In this document: positions 7,912 to 17,439 of the stretch, one piece after another
Layout of the letters: each line of letters starts with the position of its first letter
Numbering within the stretch: position 1 is the first letter of the stretch
Source of the DNA: Spirochaetia bacterium
GTDB taxonomy: Bacteria; Spirochaetota; Spirochaetia; SZUA-6; Bin103
DNA length: 64,000 nucleotides
Assembly: GCA_965208575.1 (NCBI GenBank)
Contig: CBDBOV010000006.1
Coordinates: 1,056,001 to 1,120,000, forward strand
Reading direction: 5' to 3'
Made by a program: the position numbers and the translations under genes
The notes under the pieces: generated by a model
Database searches by the model: none
Told to the model about the DNA's origin: nothing
Seen by the model: the letters and a program-made list of their open reading frames with translations, nothing else

Positions 7912-9930
7912 ATGATCAGAACACTTATCGCGGTCGCCGCGTGCGCGACCCTGGCAGCCGGCGCCTTTGCTGCCGGACAGGAAGGCGGGAGCATGGGAGT
8001 AGCCGCCGGCAGCGCGGACGGCGGCGGCATGTCGCCGCTGTCGGAGGGAACCTTCTGGGCTACCCTGGCGGACTACGAGGCGGACACCGGCACCCCGATC
8101 GCGTCGTTCAACGAGGCACCGATGCTGGCGGCCATGGTGGCCGACGGATCGCTGCCCCCGGTGGAGGACCGGTTGCCGGCCGAGCCGTTCGTCATGGCGC
8201 CGTTCGAGAGCATCGGCAGGTACGGCGGCACCATGAATCTCATCAAGTTCTACGATTACTTCTGGGGCGCAGGGTCCTACATGCACCTGGAGACCATGCT
8301 CGGTCGCGGGCGCCCGGAAGTGGACAAGACCGTGATCCCGAACATCGCCAAGGGCTGGGAGTACAGTTCCGACGGCTCCACCCTGACCCTGTTCCTGCGC
8401 GAGGGGCACAAGTGGTCGGACGGCTCGCCGTTCACCTCGGCGGACTTCATGTTCTGGTATGAAGACCTCACCCTGAACGAGGAATACACCCCGCTCATCT
8501 CGCGGCGCTGGTACGTGAACGACGAGTTGATGAAGATGCGCGCGGTGGACGAGACCACGGTGCAATTCGAGTTCGCCGGCCCGTGGCGCGGCATGATCTA
8601 CAACCTCTCCGGCGGCGCCACCGGCATCACCATGCGCAGCCCCTACGCGCAGGGCGAGTACCTCAAGCAGTTCCACCCCAAGTACAACGACAACGCCGCG
8701 GATCTGGCCAAGGAGGCGGGCTTCGACACCTGGTTCCAGCACCTGCGTGCGAAGGCCCAGTACAACGACGACAGCGCCGCCGAGGGCGTGCCGCTGCTGT
8801 CAGCCTGGGTCCCGGAGACGGTGGAGATCGACTTCGTGGTGCAGAAGCGCAATCCCTACTATTACAAGATCGACACGGCGGGCAACCAGCTCCCCTACAT
8901 CGACGAGTTGCGCTCGGCGCTGGCCGGCAACCCGGAGCTGGTGGCGGCCAAGGTGATCAGCGGCCAGTCCGACTACGGCGCCGGCATCTGGGGCGGCGGC
9001 GTCAGCATCAACAAGCTGCCGCTGCTGCTGTCGCGCGCGGAGCAGAACAACCTGCGCGTGTCGGTGGCGCCTACGCCGACGAGCTGGGCCGCCCTCGACG
9101 TCGGCCTGTTCTTCAACAACACCTATCCCGACCCGGTGATCCGCGAGCTGTACGCCGACGTGCGCTTCAAGCAGGCGCTGTCGCTGGCCATCGACCGCGA
9201 CGAGATCAACGAACTGGTGTTCGGCGGCCTCGGCAAGCCGAGCCTGGCGACCGTGCAGTCCAGCTCGCCCTGGTACGATGAGCAGACCGCCACCGAGTTT
9301 GCCGTGTTCGACGCCGAGCGCGCCAACGCACTGCTGGACGAGATCGGCCTGGCCATGGGTGACGACGGCGTACGCATGCGCCCGGACGGCAAGCCGCTGG
9401 AGATCAACCTGCAGATCGCGCCGTGGGTGGCCACCCATGCGCCTTCCGCCGAGCTGATCGCCGAGTACTGGACCGCGGTCGGCGTCAAGACGACCGTGGA
9501 CGCCACCGGCAACCAGTGGGAGAAGTACAGCAACAACGAGACCATGGTAAACGTCTGGCAGCTCGACGAGAGCGACTACGGGCGCACGGTCGGCAGCATT
9601 CAGTGGTGGGCCGGCGGCCAGTTCTGGGGCCGCGAGTGGCAGAAGTGGCGCCAGACGGCGGGCGCGGAAGGCGAGGAACCGCCGCCCGCGGTGCGCGAGT
9701 ACTTCGATCTGTGGACCAGGATTCCGAATACCAACGACGCGGACGAGCAGGTGGCCCTCGGCAAGCGGGCGATCCAGTTGCTCGCCGACAACCTGTGGTA
9801 CATCGGCGTCATGGCGCCGCCGCCGGACGTGCGCTTCGCGCGCGCCACCCTGCGCAACATCGACCTGCAGCAGCTTCCTCACCTGCAGTTTGCGCCGGCG
9901 GCGTCGCCGCAGTGGTATCTCGACAACTGA
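7912..9930 (+). CDS. ABC transporter substrate-binding protein (family 5)
   Basis: Signal peptide MIRTLIAVAAC...AFA; FNEAPMLAAMV.DG.LPPVEDRLP, IGRYGG, LREGHKWSDGSPFTSAD, RNPYYYKIDTAGNQLPYID; SD GGAGG upstream. Confidence 0.93.
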   Translation: MIRTLIAVAACATLAAGAFAAGQEGGSMGVAAGSADGGGMSPLSEGTFWATLADYEADTGTPIASFNEAPMLAAMVADGSLPPVEDRLPAEPFVMAPFESIGRYGGTMNLIKFYDYFWGAGSYMHLETMLGRGRPEVDKTVIPNIAKGWEYSSDGSTLTLFLREGHKWSDGSPFTSADFMFWYEDLTLNEEYTPLISRRWYVNDELMKMRAVDETTVQFEFAGPWRGMIYNLSGGATGITMRSPYAQGEYLKQFHPKYNDNAADLAKEAGFDTWFQHLRAKAQYNDDSAAEGVPLLSAWVPETVEIDFVVQKRNPYYYKIDTAGNQLPYIDELRSALAGNPELVAAKVISGQSDYGAGIWGGGVSINKLPLLLSRAEQNNLRVSVAPTPTSWAALDVGLFFNNTYPDPVIRELYADVRFKQALSLAIDRDEINELVFGGLGKPSLATVQSSSPWYDEQTATEFAVFDAERANALLDEIGLAMGDDGVRMRPDGKPLEINLQIAPWVATHAPSAELIAEYWTAVGVKTTVDATGNQWEKYSNNETMVNVWQLDESDYGRTVGSIQWWAGGQFWGREWQKWRQTAGAEGEEPPPAVREYFDLWTRIPNTNDADEQVALGKRAIQLLADNLWYIGVMAPPPDVRFARATLRNIDLQQLPHLQFAPAASPQWYLDN

Positions 9931-9999
9931 CGAGCTTTTAGCTGACCCCCGCCATGCCGGTCACCCGCCGGGTGGCCGGTGCGGGGGCACTGCGACACC

Positions 10000-10995
10000 G
10001 TGGCGCAATACATTCTCCGCCGCGTGCTGTACATGCTGGTGGTGCTGGCGCTGATCTCGATCTGCGCCTTCGTCATCATCCAGCTTCCGCCGGGCGACTA
10101 CGTCACCGACTACGTCGCCCGGCTGCAATCGCGCAGCGGGGTCGTCGACGAGGCGCTCATCGAGGCGCTCAGGAAGCAATACGGGCTCGACCGGCCCATG
10201 TACGTTCAGTACCTGAAGTGGATAGGCAAGCTGGTGCGCGGCGACCTCGGCCAGTCGTTCTCGTTCGAACGCCCGGTGCGCGTCCTGCTGGCCGAGCGGC
10301 TGCCGATGACGGTGCTGATCTCGATGCTGTCGCTGATCTTCGTGTACGTGGTGTCGATCCCGATCGGGATCTACTCGGCCACCCACCAGTACTCGCTCAC
10401 CGACTACAGCTTCACCGTGCTCGGCTTCATCGGCCTGGCGACGCCCAACTTTCTGCTGGCGCTGGTGCTGATGCTGCTGTTCTACCAGTGGTTCGGCTGG
10501 AACGTCGGCGGGCTGTTCTCGATCCAGTACGTCGATCAGCCGTGGAGCTGGGCCAAGTTCGTGGACATGCTCGCCCACCTGCCGGTGCCGATCATCGTCA
10601 TCGGCACCGCCGGCACCGCGGGGCTGATCCGCGTGCTGCGCGGCTCCCTGCTGGACGAACTGGCCAAGCAGTACGTGATCACGGCGCGCGCCAAGGGGGT
10701 GGCCGAGCGGCAGCTCCTGTTCCGCTATCCGGTACGGGTGGCGGTAAACCCGATCATCAGCACGGTGGGCTGGGTGTTGCCGGCGATCGTGTCCGGCGAG
10801 ACCATCGTGGCGATCGTGCTCGGGCTGCCCACCATCGGCCCGCTGGTGTTCCGCTCCCTGACCCAGCAGGACATGTTCCTGGCGGGCAGCACGATCATGG
10901 CGCTGAGCTTCCTGACCGTGGTGGGCACGCTGGTCTCCGACATCCTGCTGGTGATGGTGGACCCGCGCATCCGCTTCGAGGCGGTGGAGCGGTGA
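10000..10995 (+). CDS. ABC transporter permease (DppB/OppB type)
   Basis: YILRR...IIQLPPGD, GDLGQSF, YVITARAKG EAA-like loop, DPRIR. Confidence 0.93.
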   Translation: MAQYILRRVLYMLVVLALISICAFVIIQLPPGDYVTDYVARLQSRSGVVDEALIEALRKQYGLDRPMYVQYLKWIGKLVRGDLGQSFSFERPVRVLLAERLPMTVLISMLSLIFVYVVSIPIGIYSATHQYSLTDYSFTVLGFIGLATPNFLLALVLMLLFYQWFGWNVGGLFSIQYVDQPWSWAKFVDMLAHLPVPIIVIGTAGTAGLIRVLRGSLLDELAKQYVITARAKGVAERQLLFRYPVRVAVNPIISTVGWVLPAIVSGETIVAIVLGLPTIGPLVFRSLTQQDMFLAGSTIMALSFLTVVGTLVSDILLVMVDPRIRFEAVER

Positions 10996-12200
10996 GCGGC
11001 AGGCCGGGGGCGGCGGGCGGGACCGGGCAGCCGCCGGCGGCGGTGCCGGCTCCGGGGGCGGCGCCGGCTCGGGGGACGGCGGAGGCGTTGCCTAGCCGGG
11101 AGCGGGAGACTGCCCTCGTCGAGCAGTACTACCTCGCCACCCAATGGCAGTTGATGTGGCGCAAGTTCCGCCGCCACCGGCTCGCCCTGCTGGGCGGGGG
11201 CGTGCTGGTGGTGTTCTACGTGACCGCGCTGCTGGCGGAGTTCGTGGCGCCCACGGTGCCGGCGGTACGCGACCGCGACCTGGTCTACGCGCCGCCCCAC
11301 CGGGTGCGGCTCATTCATGACGGCGCGCTGCGCAGCCCGTTCGTGTACGGCTTCGACCGCGAGATCGACATGCTCACGACGCAGCGCATCTACACCCCGA
11401 ACCGCGAGCTGATTCACCCGATCCGGCTGTTCGTGCGGGGAGAGCCGTACCGGTTCTGGGGCCTGTTCGAGACCGACCTGCACCTGTTCGGGGCGGAGGG
11501 GACCACGCTGCTGCTGATGGGCTCCGACTCCTTCGGGCGCGACATGTTCACCCGTAACCTGTACGCCGCCCGCATCTCGCTGTCGGTCGGCCTGGTGGGG
11601 GTGCTGCTGAGCTTCGTGCTCGGCGTGATCCTGGGCGGCATCTCCGGCTACTACGGCGGCACCGTCGACATGGCGATCCAACGCGTGATCGAGTTCCTGA
11701 TCGCGCTGCCGACCATCCCGGTGTGGATGGCGCTGGCAGCCGCCCTGCCGCCGGGGTGGGAGTCGGTGAAGATCTACTTCGGCATCACCATCATCCTGTC
11801 GATCGTCGGCTGGACCGGGCTGGCGCGGGTGGTGCGCGGCAAGCTGCTGGAGCTGCGCGAGGCGGACTTCGTCATGGCCGCGCGCGTGGCCGGCGCCCGC
11901 GAGGGACGCATCATCGCCCTGCACCTGCTGCCGTCGTTCCTGAGCTACCTGATCGTGCACCTGACGCTGGCCATCCCCGGCATGATCCTGGGCGAAACGG
12001 CGCTGAGCTTCCTGGGCCTCGGCATCCGGCCCCCCGCGGTGAGCTGGGGCACCCTGCTGCAGGATGCCCAGAACGTGCAGACCGTCATCCTCTACCCGTG
12101 GCTCATGCTGCCGGCGCTGTCCGTGGTGGCCGCCGTGCTGATGTTCAACTTCCTCGGCGACGGCCTGCGCGACGCCGCCGACCCCTACAAGGCGGGCTGA
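10992..12200 (+). CDS. ABC transporter permease (DppC/OppC type)
   Basis: QWQLMWRKFRRHRLA, GSDSFGRD, ETALSFLGLG, GDGLRDAADPY; GTGA overlap with the upstream gene. Confidence 0.92.
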   Translation: MSGRPGAAGGTGQPPAAVPAPGAAPARGTAEALPSRERETALVEQYYLATQWQLMWRKFRRHRLALLGGGVLVVFYVTALLAEFVAPTVPAVRDRDLVYAPPHRVRLIHDGALRSPFVYGFDREIDMLTTQRIYTPNRELIHPIRLFVRGEPYRFWGLFETDLHLFGAEGTTLLLMGSDSFGRDMFTRNLYAARISLSVGLVGVLLSFVLGVILGGISGYYGGTVDMAIQRVIEFLIALPTIPVWMALAAALPPGWESVKIYFGITIILSIVGWTGLARVVRGKLLELREADFVMAARVAGAREGRIIALHLLPSFLSYLIVHLTLAIPGMILGETALSFLGLGIRPPAVSWGTLLQDAQNVQTVILYPWLMLPALSVVAAVLMFNFLGDGLRDAADPYKAG

Positions 12201-12276
12201 CCGCGGCCGGCGCCCGTGCGTGCGCATGCCGATGCGTGTACACGAGCCGCGCCTACCGGCTACCCTTCGCCGCGAA

Positions 12277-13401
12277 ATGAGTGATGCAACGCTGCGCGCC
12301 GGGGTGATCGGCGCCACCGGCCGCGGCAACTACGGCCACGGCCTCGGAGACGCTTTCGCCGCCCTGGAACGTACCCCGGTGGTGGCGGTCGCGGACGCCG
12401 ACCAGGCGGGCGGCGCCGAGGCGGCAAGCCGGTTCGGCACCGACAACCACTACCTCGACTACCGCGACATGCTCGCCCGCGAGCGCCTCGACGTGGTGGC
12501 GGTGAGCCCGCGCTGGACCGACCAGCGCCGCGACATGGTGGTCGCGGCCGCGGAGGCGGGCGTCAAGGGCATCTTCTGCGAGAAGCCGTTCGCCGCCACC
12601 CTGGCCGACGCCGACGCCATGATGGCGGCCTGCGACCGCCACGGCGTGCGGGTGGTGGTGGCCCACCGGCGCGCCGCCGCCCACGAGCAGCGGCTGAAGC
12701 AGATCGTCGACTCCGGCGAGATCGGCGACATCCAGGTAATGCGCGGCCACGGCAAGGGCGACCACCGCGCCGGGTCGCTGGACCTGATGATCCTCGGCAC
12801 CCACATCCTGGACGGCATCCGCTACGTTGCCGGCAGCGACGTGGCCTGGGCGCACGGCCACGTCACGCAGGATGGCCGCCCGGTCACCACGGACGACGTC
12901 CGCGAAGGCGACGAGGGCGTCGGCCTGCTGGCCGGCAACCGGGTGGCCGCCTACTACGTGTTCGAGAACGGCCTCACCGCCCACTACGAGTCGTTCCAGG
13001 GCTTCCCGGACGATGCCCACGATCACAACCGCCACCTCGGCTTCGAGGTGTACGGCACCAGGGGCATCGTCTCGGTGCGCAACTCGCCGGGCGGCGAGCT
13101 GTACCTGCACCGCCACGACCTGTGGATACCCGACACCGACACCCGTCCATGGGAGCGCATCCGCATCCCGGAGTGGGAGCGTCAGAACAGCGGCCTGGAG
13201 AGCAACCTGATGATCGTGAACGAGCTCCTGGCTGCCATCGACGACGACCGCGACATCCGCGAGGTCTCCTCCGGAGCCGACTCGCGCGCCACGCTGGAGA
13301 TGATCATGGCCGTGCACGAGTCCAACCGCCTCGGCACCCGCGTCCCCTTCCCCCTCGCCAACCGCGCCAACCCCTACGCCACCTGGCTGGCGGAGGAGTA
13401 A
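12277..13401 (+). CDS. Gfo/Idh/MocA family oxidoreductase
   Basis: GVIGATGRGNYGH, CEKPFA, GTHILD, FEVYGTRG. Confidence 0.9.
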   Translation: MSDATLRAGVIGATGRGNYGHGLGDAFAALERTPVVAVADADQAGGAEAASRFGTDNHYLDYRDMLARERLDVVAVSPRWTDQRRDMVVAAAEAGVKGIFCEKPFAATLADADAMMAACDRHGVRVVVAHRRAAAHEQRLKQIVDSGEIGDIQVMRGHGKGDHRAGSLDLMILGTHILDGIRYVAGSDVAWAHGHVTQDGRPVTTDDVREGDEGVGLLAGNRVAAYYVFENGLTAHYESFQGFPDDAHDHNRHLGFEVYGTRGIVSVRNSPGGELYLHRHDLWIPDTDTRPWERIRIPEWERQNSGLESNLMIVNELLAAIDDDRDIREVSSGADSRATLEMIMAVHESNRLGTRVPFPLANRANPYATWLAEE

Positions 13402-13550
13402 CCATCGCGCCGCCGTAACCGAAGGATTCCGGCTCAACGGCTCGGAAGTGGCGGCGGCGGGCTTATCTTTGGAGGCGCCGGGCTACGGAGCGGCGAGGGC
13501 ACAGTATTGGGTGTTGCGTCTGATCGCGCCACAAGGGGAGGCGAATTGCC

Positions 13551-14177
13551 ATGAGCAGAGTGTTCATTTACTGGGACAATTCGAACATTTTTCACGAAGC
13601 GCAGCGTTTCGCGGTGGAACGGAACGAGGGCCCCGACGCGCGTTATCGCGTCCGTATCAACTTTGACAACATGTTCCGCTTGGCGCACGCCGACCGGACG
13701 CTGGGGCGCGCGGTCGCGGCGGGCTCGATACCGCCCGAAATGCGCCAGCTTTGGAATCGCATGGAAGCAGCCGGCGCGGAAGTCCAGCTTTTCGATCGTG
13801 AAAGGCCGGATCGTAGCGAACAGGACATCCCCGATCGAATACTCCAACTGCGCATGCTCGAAGATGCGCTCGACCACAACGGCAACCCCGGCGTGGTGGT
13901 GCTGTTGACGGGAGACGGCGCCGGCTACTACGAGGGCACCGGCTTTCACAGCACGTTGGAACGCATGCACAAGCGTGGCTGGCGGGTAGAGATCCTGTCG
14001 TGGCGGCACTCCTGCAACCAGCGAATGCGCCAGTGGGCGGAGCAGAATGGCCTGTTCATCGCCCTGGACGACTTCTACGACTCGATCACCTTCCTGACCC
14101 CATCCCGGGAAGGATTCGAACTCGCTCTCGGTCGCCAATCTGCCCCGCTGGACTTGTCGCAGCGCCAGACATCCTGA
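13551..14177 (+). CDS. NYN domain (LabA/DUF88 PIN-like) nuclease
   Basis: VFIYWDNSNI, EQDIPD, VLLTGDG, GWRVEILSW, FIALDDF. Confidence 0.85.
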   Translation: MSRVFIYWDNSNIFHEAQRFAVERNEGPDARYRVRINFDNMFRLAHADRTLGRAVAAGSIPPEMRQLWNRMEAAGAEVQLFDRERPDRSEQDIPDRILQLRMLEDALDHNGNPGVVVLLTGDGAGYYEGTGFHSTLERMHKRGWRVEILSWRHSCNQRMRQWAEQNGLFIALDDFYDSITFLTPSREGFELALGRQSAPLDLSQRQTS

Positions 14178-14192
14178 CGGCCAAGCACGCTT

Positions 14193-14216
14193 CTACTTGT
14201 AGGGGTCGGCGGCATC
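14193..14216 (-). repeat. 24-bp orphan copy of the permease 3' end (DAADPYK*)
   Basis: ctacttgtaggggtcggcggcatc matches 18234-18257 and 15559-15582 at 22/24. Confidence 0.8.
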
Positions 14217-14455
14217 AGATCCGCGGGCGAGAGGCACAACTACGGAACCGGCCACCCAAGCGGGTTCTGTCACCTCGTGGCCATAGTTCTAAGCCCCCAA
14301 ATCGTCACTTCGCCACGACGCGAATTCCGTCGTGGCCACCAACGGACCGACGGAGAGTTCGGCCAGCGAGATCGCGGTTGTGGCCGGCACCGGCGACAGT
14401 TGCTGCGGATCGCGCAGCCGCACCGTATTGGCGTCCAGCAGACCGAGAAGCACAG

Positions 14456-14603
14456 ATCCGGAGGTCTCGTCCGGCGGCGCCGACCCGCGCGCCGCGCTGG
14501 AAGATGATCAACGGCGGTACACGAGAGTCCAACCGTTCCGGCAGCCGAGTGCCTCGCCGCTCGCCAGCCGCGACAGCCCCTACGCCATCTGGCTCGCAGA
14601 GGA
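14456..14603 (+). pseudogene. Decayed copy of the 3' end of the Gfo/Idh/MocA gene
   Basis: Aligns by eye, with indels, to 13255-13398 (gaggtctcgtccgg..gccgac.cgcgcgcc.cgctgga.gatgatca...gagtccaaccg...ctcgcca.ccgcg.ca.cccctacgcca.ctggct.gc.gagga). Confidence 0.8.
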
Positions 14604-14658
14604 CGACCGCACGCCGGACATTGCCGAATGGGCGCGTCCTCCGAGGTCTTCCCGCAAC

Positions 14659-15402
14659 CTATCGCTGGTCCAACTCGATGACGAGGGGCGGAGCGTCCTT
14701 CCGGGGCCTTGAATCGACGTCCAATCCCGCACACAGGAGACGCTGCGCCAGACCCGTGCTCCCGAGAATCAGGTGCAGTCGAGAGCCGCTGTTGGGGCCT
14801 CTCTCGCCGGTGCCGGAGGTGTGACCCGGGTAGTTCCTGACGTCAGGATGTGCAGCGCGGTAGAAATCGCGGAAGCCCAAGTTCATCAGCGCCCGGAGTT
14901 CATCTTCGTGGGCTTGCCCATACCCACTTCCTCGTGGGCCGTCGTCTCTGAATTTGACGTTGAAGTCGCCGCATATCACGCTGTCCTTCCGGTTGTACCC
15001 CTCGTTGCGGACATGTGCCCGTAGCCGGCGTAACCATGCCAACCTTCGTTGCAAGGGATACGGAACATAAACCGAGGAGACCCAGAAACCGCCGAGGTCC
15101 ACGGTAAGGAAATCTGACACCTCTTCCTCGTCATCCGGGAATCCGCGGAAGAGCACATCCGGCCGGCCTAGGCTGCGGTGGCTGAGGATGGCTACCCCCG
15201 TGGGATACTGACCGGCTCTGCTGCCGACACACCGGGACTCGTACCCGACTTCGAGCAGTTCCTCCTTGGGGAATTCCTCGTTCAGACCAATCTTCTGGAG
15301 GGTTACGATGTCGGGACGCCTCAAACCGCGGTCCTGCAGCCAGTCACGGACTTTGGTCCCATACTTATTCATGCCTCGTATGGCCACGTTCGCGATTCTC
15401 AT
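14659..15402 (-). CDS. Divergent exonuclease III/EEP family protein
   Basis: PDIVTLQK, GVAILS, SVYVP, ICGDFNV, GFRDFYRAAHP; several catalytic positions altered. Confidence 0.78.
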   Translation of the reverse strand: MRIANVAIRGMNKYGTKVRDWLQDRGLRRPDIVTLQKIGLNEEFPKEELLEVGYESRCVGSRAGQYPTGVAILSHRSLGRPDVLFRGFPDDEEEVSDFLTVDLGGFWVSSVYVPYPLQRRLAWLRRLRAHVRNEGYNRKDSVICGDFNVKFRDDGPRGSGYGQAHEDELRALMNLGFRDFYRAAHPDVRNYPGHTSGTGERGPNSGSRLHLILGSTGLAQRLLCAGLDVDSRPRKDAPPLVIELDQR

Positions 15403-15472
15403 GAGTGAGTCTTGCCTCCCCGCGACAGTCGGATCCGTGAAAGTGAGTGTCACCTTCTCCTATGAGGATACC

Positions 15473-15536
15473 ATTTCGTGACTCGGGTGATTGTTTCGAT
15501 CACTTGGTGAAGGCGGCGTGGACGAAGGCCACGTAG
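15473..15536 (+). pseudogene. 3' remnant of a homologue of the 17440-18213 gene
   Basis: cacttggtgaaggcggcgtggacgaaggccacgtag vs 18178-18213 (34/36); weaker similarity continues upstream. Confidence 0.8.
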
Positions 15537-15558
15537 CCTATCAGATCGCCGAGGGAGG

Positions 15559-16600
15559 TTACTTGTAGGGGTCGGCGGCGTCGCGGAGGCCGTCGCCGAG
15601 GAACATGAAGGTCATTACGGTGACCACCACGAACAGCACCGGGATCATCAGCCAGGGGCTCAGGGCGACGGTGCGGAAGTTCTGGGCGGTGGTGAGCAGC
15701 ACGCCCCAGCTCACCACCGGCGGCTTGAGGCCCCGGCCGATGAAGCTGAGCGCGGTCTCGCCGAGGATCATGTTGGGCACCGCCAGGGTGAGGTGCACGA
15801 TCAGGTAACTGAGGAACGACGGCAGCAGGTGGCGGCGGATCACCGCGCCGCTGGAGGCACCGCTGACCCGTGCCGCCACCACGAAGTCGCCGCTGCGCAA
15901 CTCCAGCAGCTTGCCGCGCACCACGCGCGCCAGGCCGGTCCAGCCCAGGATCGAGAGGATGATGGTGATGCCGAAGTACACCCGCAGCGCCGGCCACTTG
16001 GGCGGCAGCGCCGCGGTCAGCCCCATCCACAGCGGCAGGGTGGGAATGCTGATCAGGAACTCGATGATGCGCTGGATCACGGTGTCCACCGCGCCGCCCA
16101 CGTAGCCGGAGACACCGCCGATTACCACGCCGAGCAGAAGGCTGATGGCGACCCCGAGCAGCCCGATCGACAGCGACACGCGCCCGGCGTACAGCGCCCG
16201 AGAGAACATGTCGCGGCCGGACTCGTCGGTGCCGAACAGGTGCAGGTCGGTGCGGATGAAGCCCAGGAACTTGTAACGGTCGGTGCGCACGAAGAAGCGG
16301 ATGGGATGGGGGTCGGACCTGTTCTCGGTGTAGATGCGCTGCAGGGTCTCCGGGTCGCGGGTGCGCTCGAGCGAGTACACGAACGGACCGAGCAGCCGGC
16401 CGTCATGGAACAGGCGCACCCGCTGCGGCGGCGCGAGCAGGTATTCGGCGGCGCGGGTGGCCTTCTCGTACGGGCTCAGGAAGCCGGCCGCAGCGGTGGT
16501 GAGGTACAGGAACAGCAGCACCCCGCCGCCCGCCAGGGCCATGCGGTGGCGGCGGAACTTGCGCCACATGAGCTGCCACTGCGAGGCGACGTAGTAGCGG
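15559..16600 (-). pseudogene. Second, damaged copy of the DppC-type permease at 18234-19355
   Basis: Near-identical protein but with a 33-nt deletion between LFG repeats, L>S and L>R substitutions and a different 5' end; detached from its operon. Confidence 0.75.
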
Positions 16601-16790
16601 TCGTCGGTGCTTCGACTCCGGGGCCGCGGTGGCGCCGGCACCCAAGGCCAACGGTTCCCGTCCGTGATCCACCTTGCGTCGACTGCGTCGACGAGGAGGG
16701 GGACGTGCCGGGCTTGGGATGATATACTGATGTAGTCGCCGGAGTGAGATCCCGGGCCATTGCTACGAAGCGCGCGAAGGAGAGAATGCC

Positions 16791-17015
16791 ATGGCGGGCA
16801 CCAGGAAGAGCACCGTACAACAAGTCACCGTCCATCTGACGTCGGAAGAAGTGGAGTTCCTCAGGACCCAGGCCGGCATTGATGGAGTCTCCTTCAATGA
16901 CGTGCTGCGGCGCTCGATCATCCTGGAGAAATTCATCGTGGATCAACAAAGGAAGAAGCGCAAGATTTTCTTTGGCGCACCGGGCCAGCCACTCAGAGAA
17001 ATGATCCGACAGTAG
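16791..17015 (+). CDS. CopG/ribbon-helix-helix-like small DNA-binding protein
   Basis: QVTVHLTSEEVEFLRTQA..DGVSFNDVLRRSI strand-helix-helix pattern; SD AAGGAG. Confidence 0.65.
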   Translation: MAGTRKSTVQQVTVHLTSEEVEFLRTQAGIDGVSFNDVLRRSIILEKFIVDQQRKKRKIFFGAPGQPLREMIRQ

Positions 17016-17024
17016 CCGGCCTCC

Positions 17025-17333
17025 ATGAGCGAACGAGCGCAAGGTCCCGAAGGGGCGGAAGCGGAACGGTCATCGGAGCAGGAGATCCATGATGTTCCGG
17101 TCCCTCGTGGTGGAGCGATCTATGATCCGAGGCCGCTGGAAGACAAGGCCCGTCGGAGAATCGCGTATCTGCTCATTGCATTGTTGGCGTTCGTCGTCAT
17201 AGCATTGCTGGCGATGGTGGTCTTCGATATCATAACGGTCGACGAAATGAAGGAGTTTGGCGTGATCCTTGGCCCACTCGTGGCGTTGGTGTCGGCGGCC
17301 ACGGGCTTCTACTACGGAACGAAGGGTAGCTGA
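17025..17333 (+). CDS. Small two-TM membrane protein
   Basis: Two hydrophobic segments (IAYLLIALLAFVVIALLAMVVF; FGVILGPLVALVSAATGFYYG); 9 nt after the RHH gene. Confidence 0.75.
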   Translation: MSERAQGPEGAEAERSSEQEIHDVPVPRGGAIYDPRPLEDKARRRIAYLLIALLAFVVIALLAMVVFDIITVDEMKEFGVILGPLVALVSAATGFYYGTKGS

Positions 17334-17439
17334 GCGGCAGACCACACGGACATTCGTGGACGTATCATGCTTCGTAGATCCGTCGCCACGTGAGTCTAGC
17401 GGCGCAGGGCCCAGCCCGGCTGTTTAAGTCAAACGCACG

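Noticed and set aside
14193-14216. att site of a site-specific integrative element
   Set aside because: No recombinase nearby and the duplicated segments vary from 24 bp to 1 kb; treated as recombination scars instead
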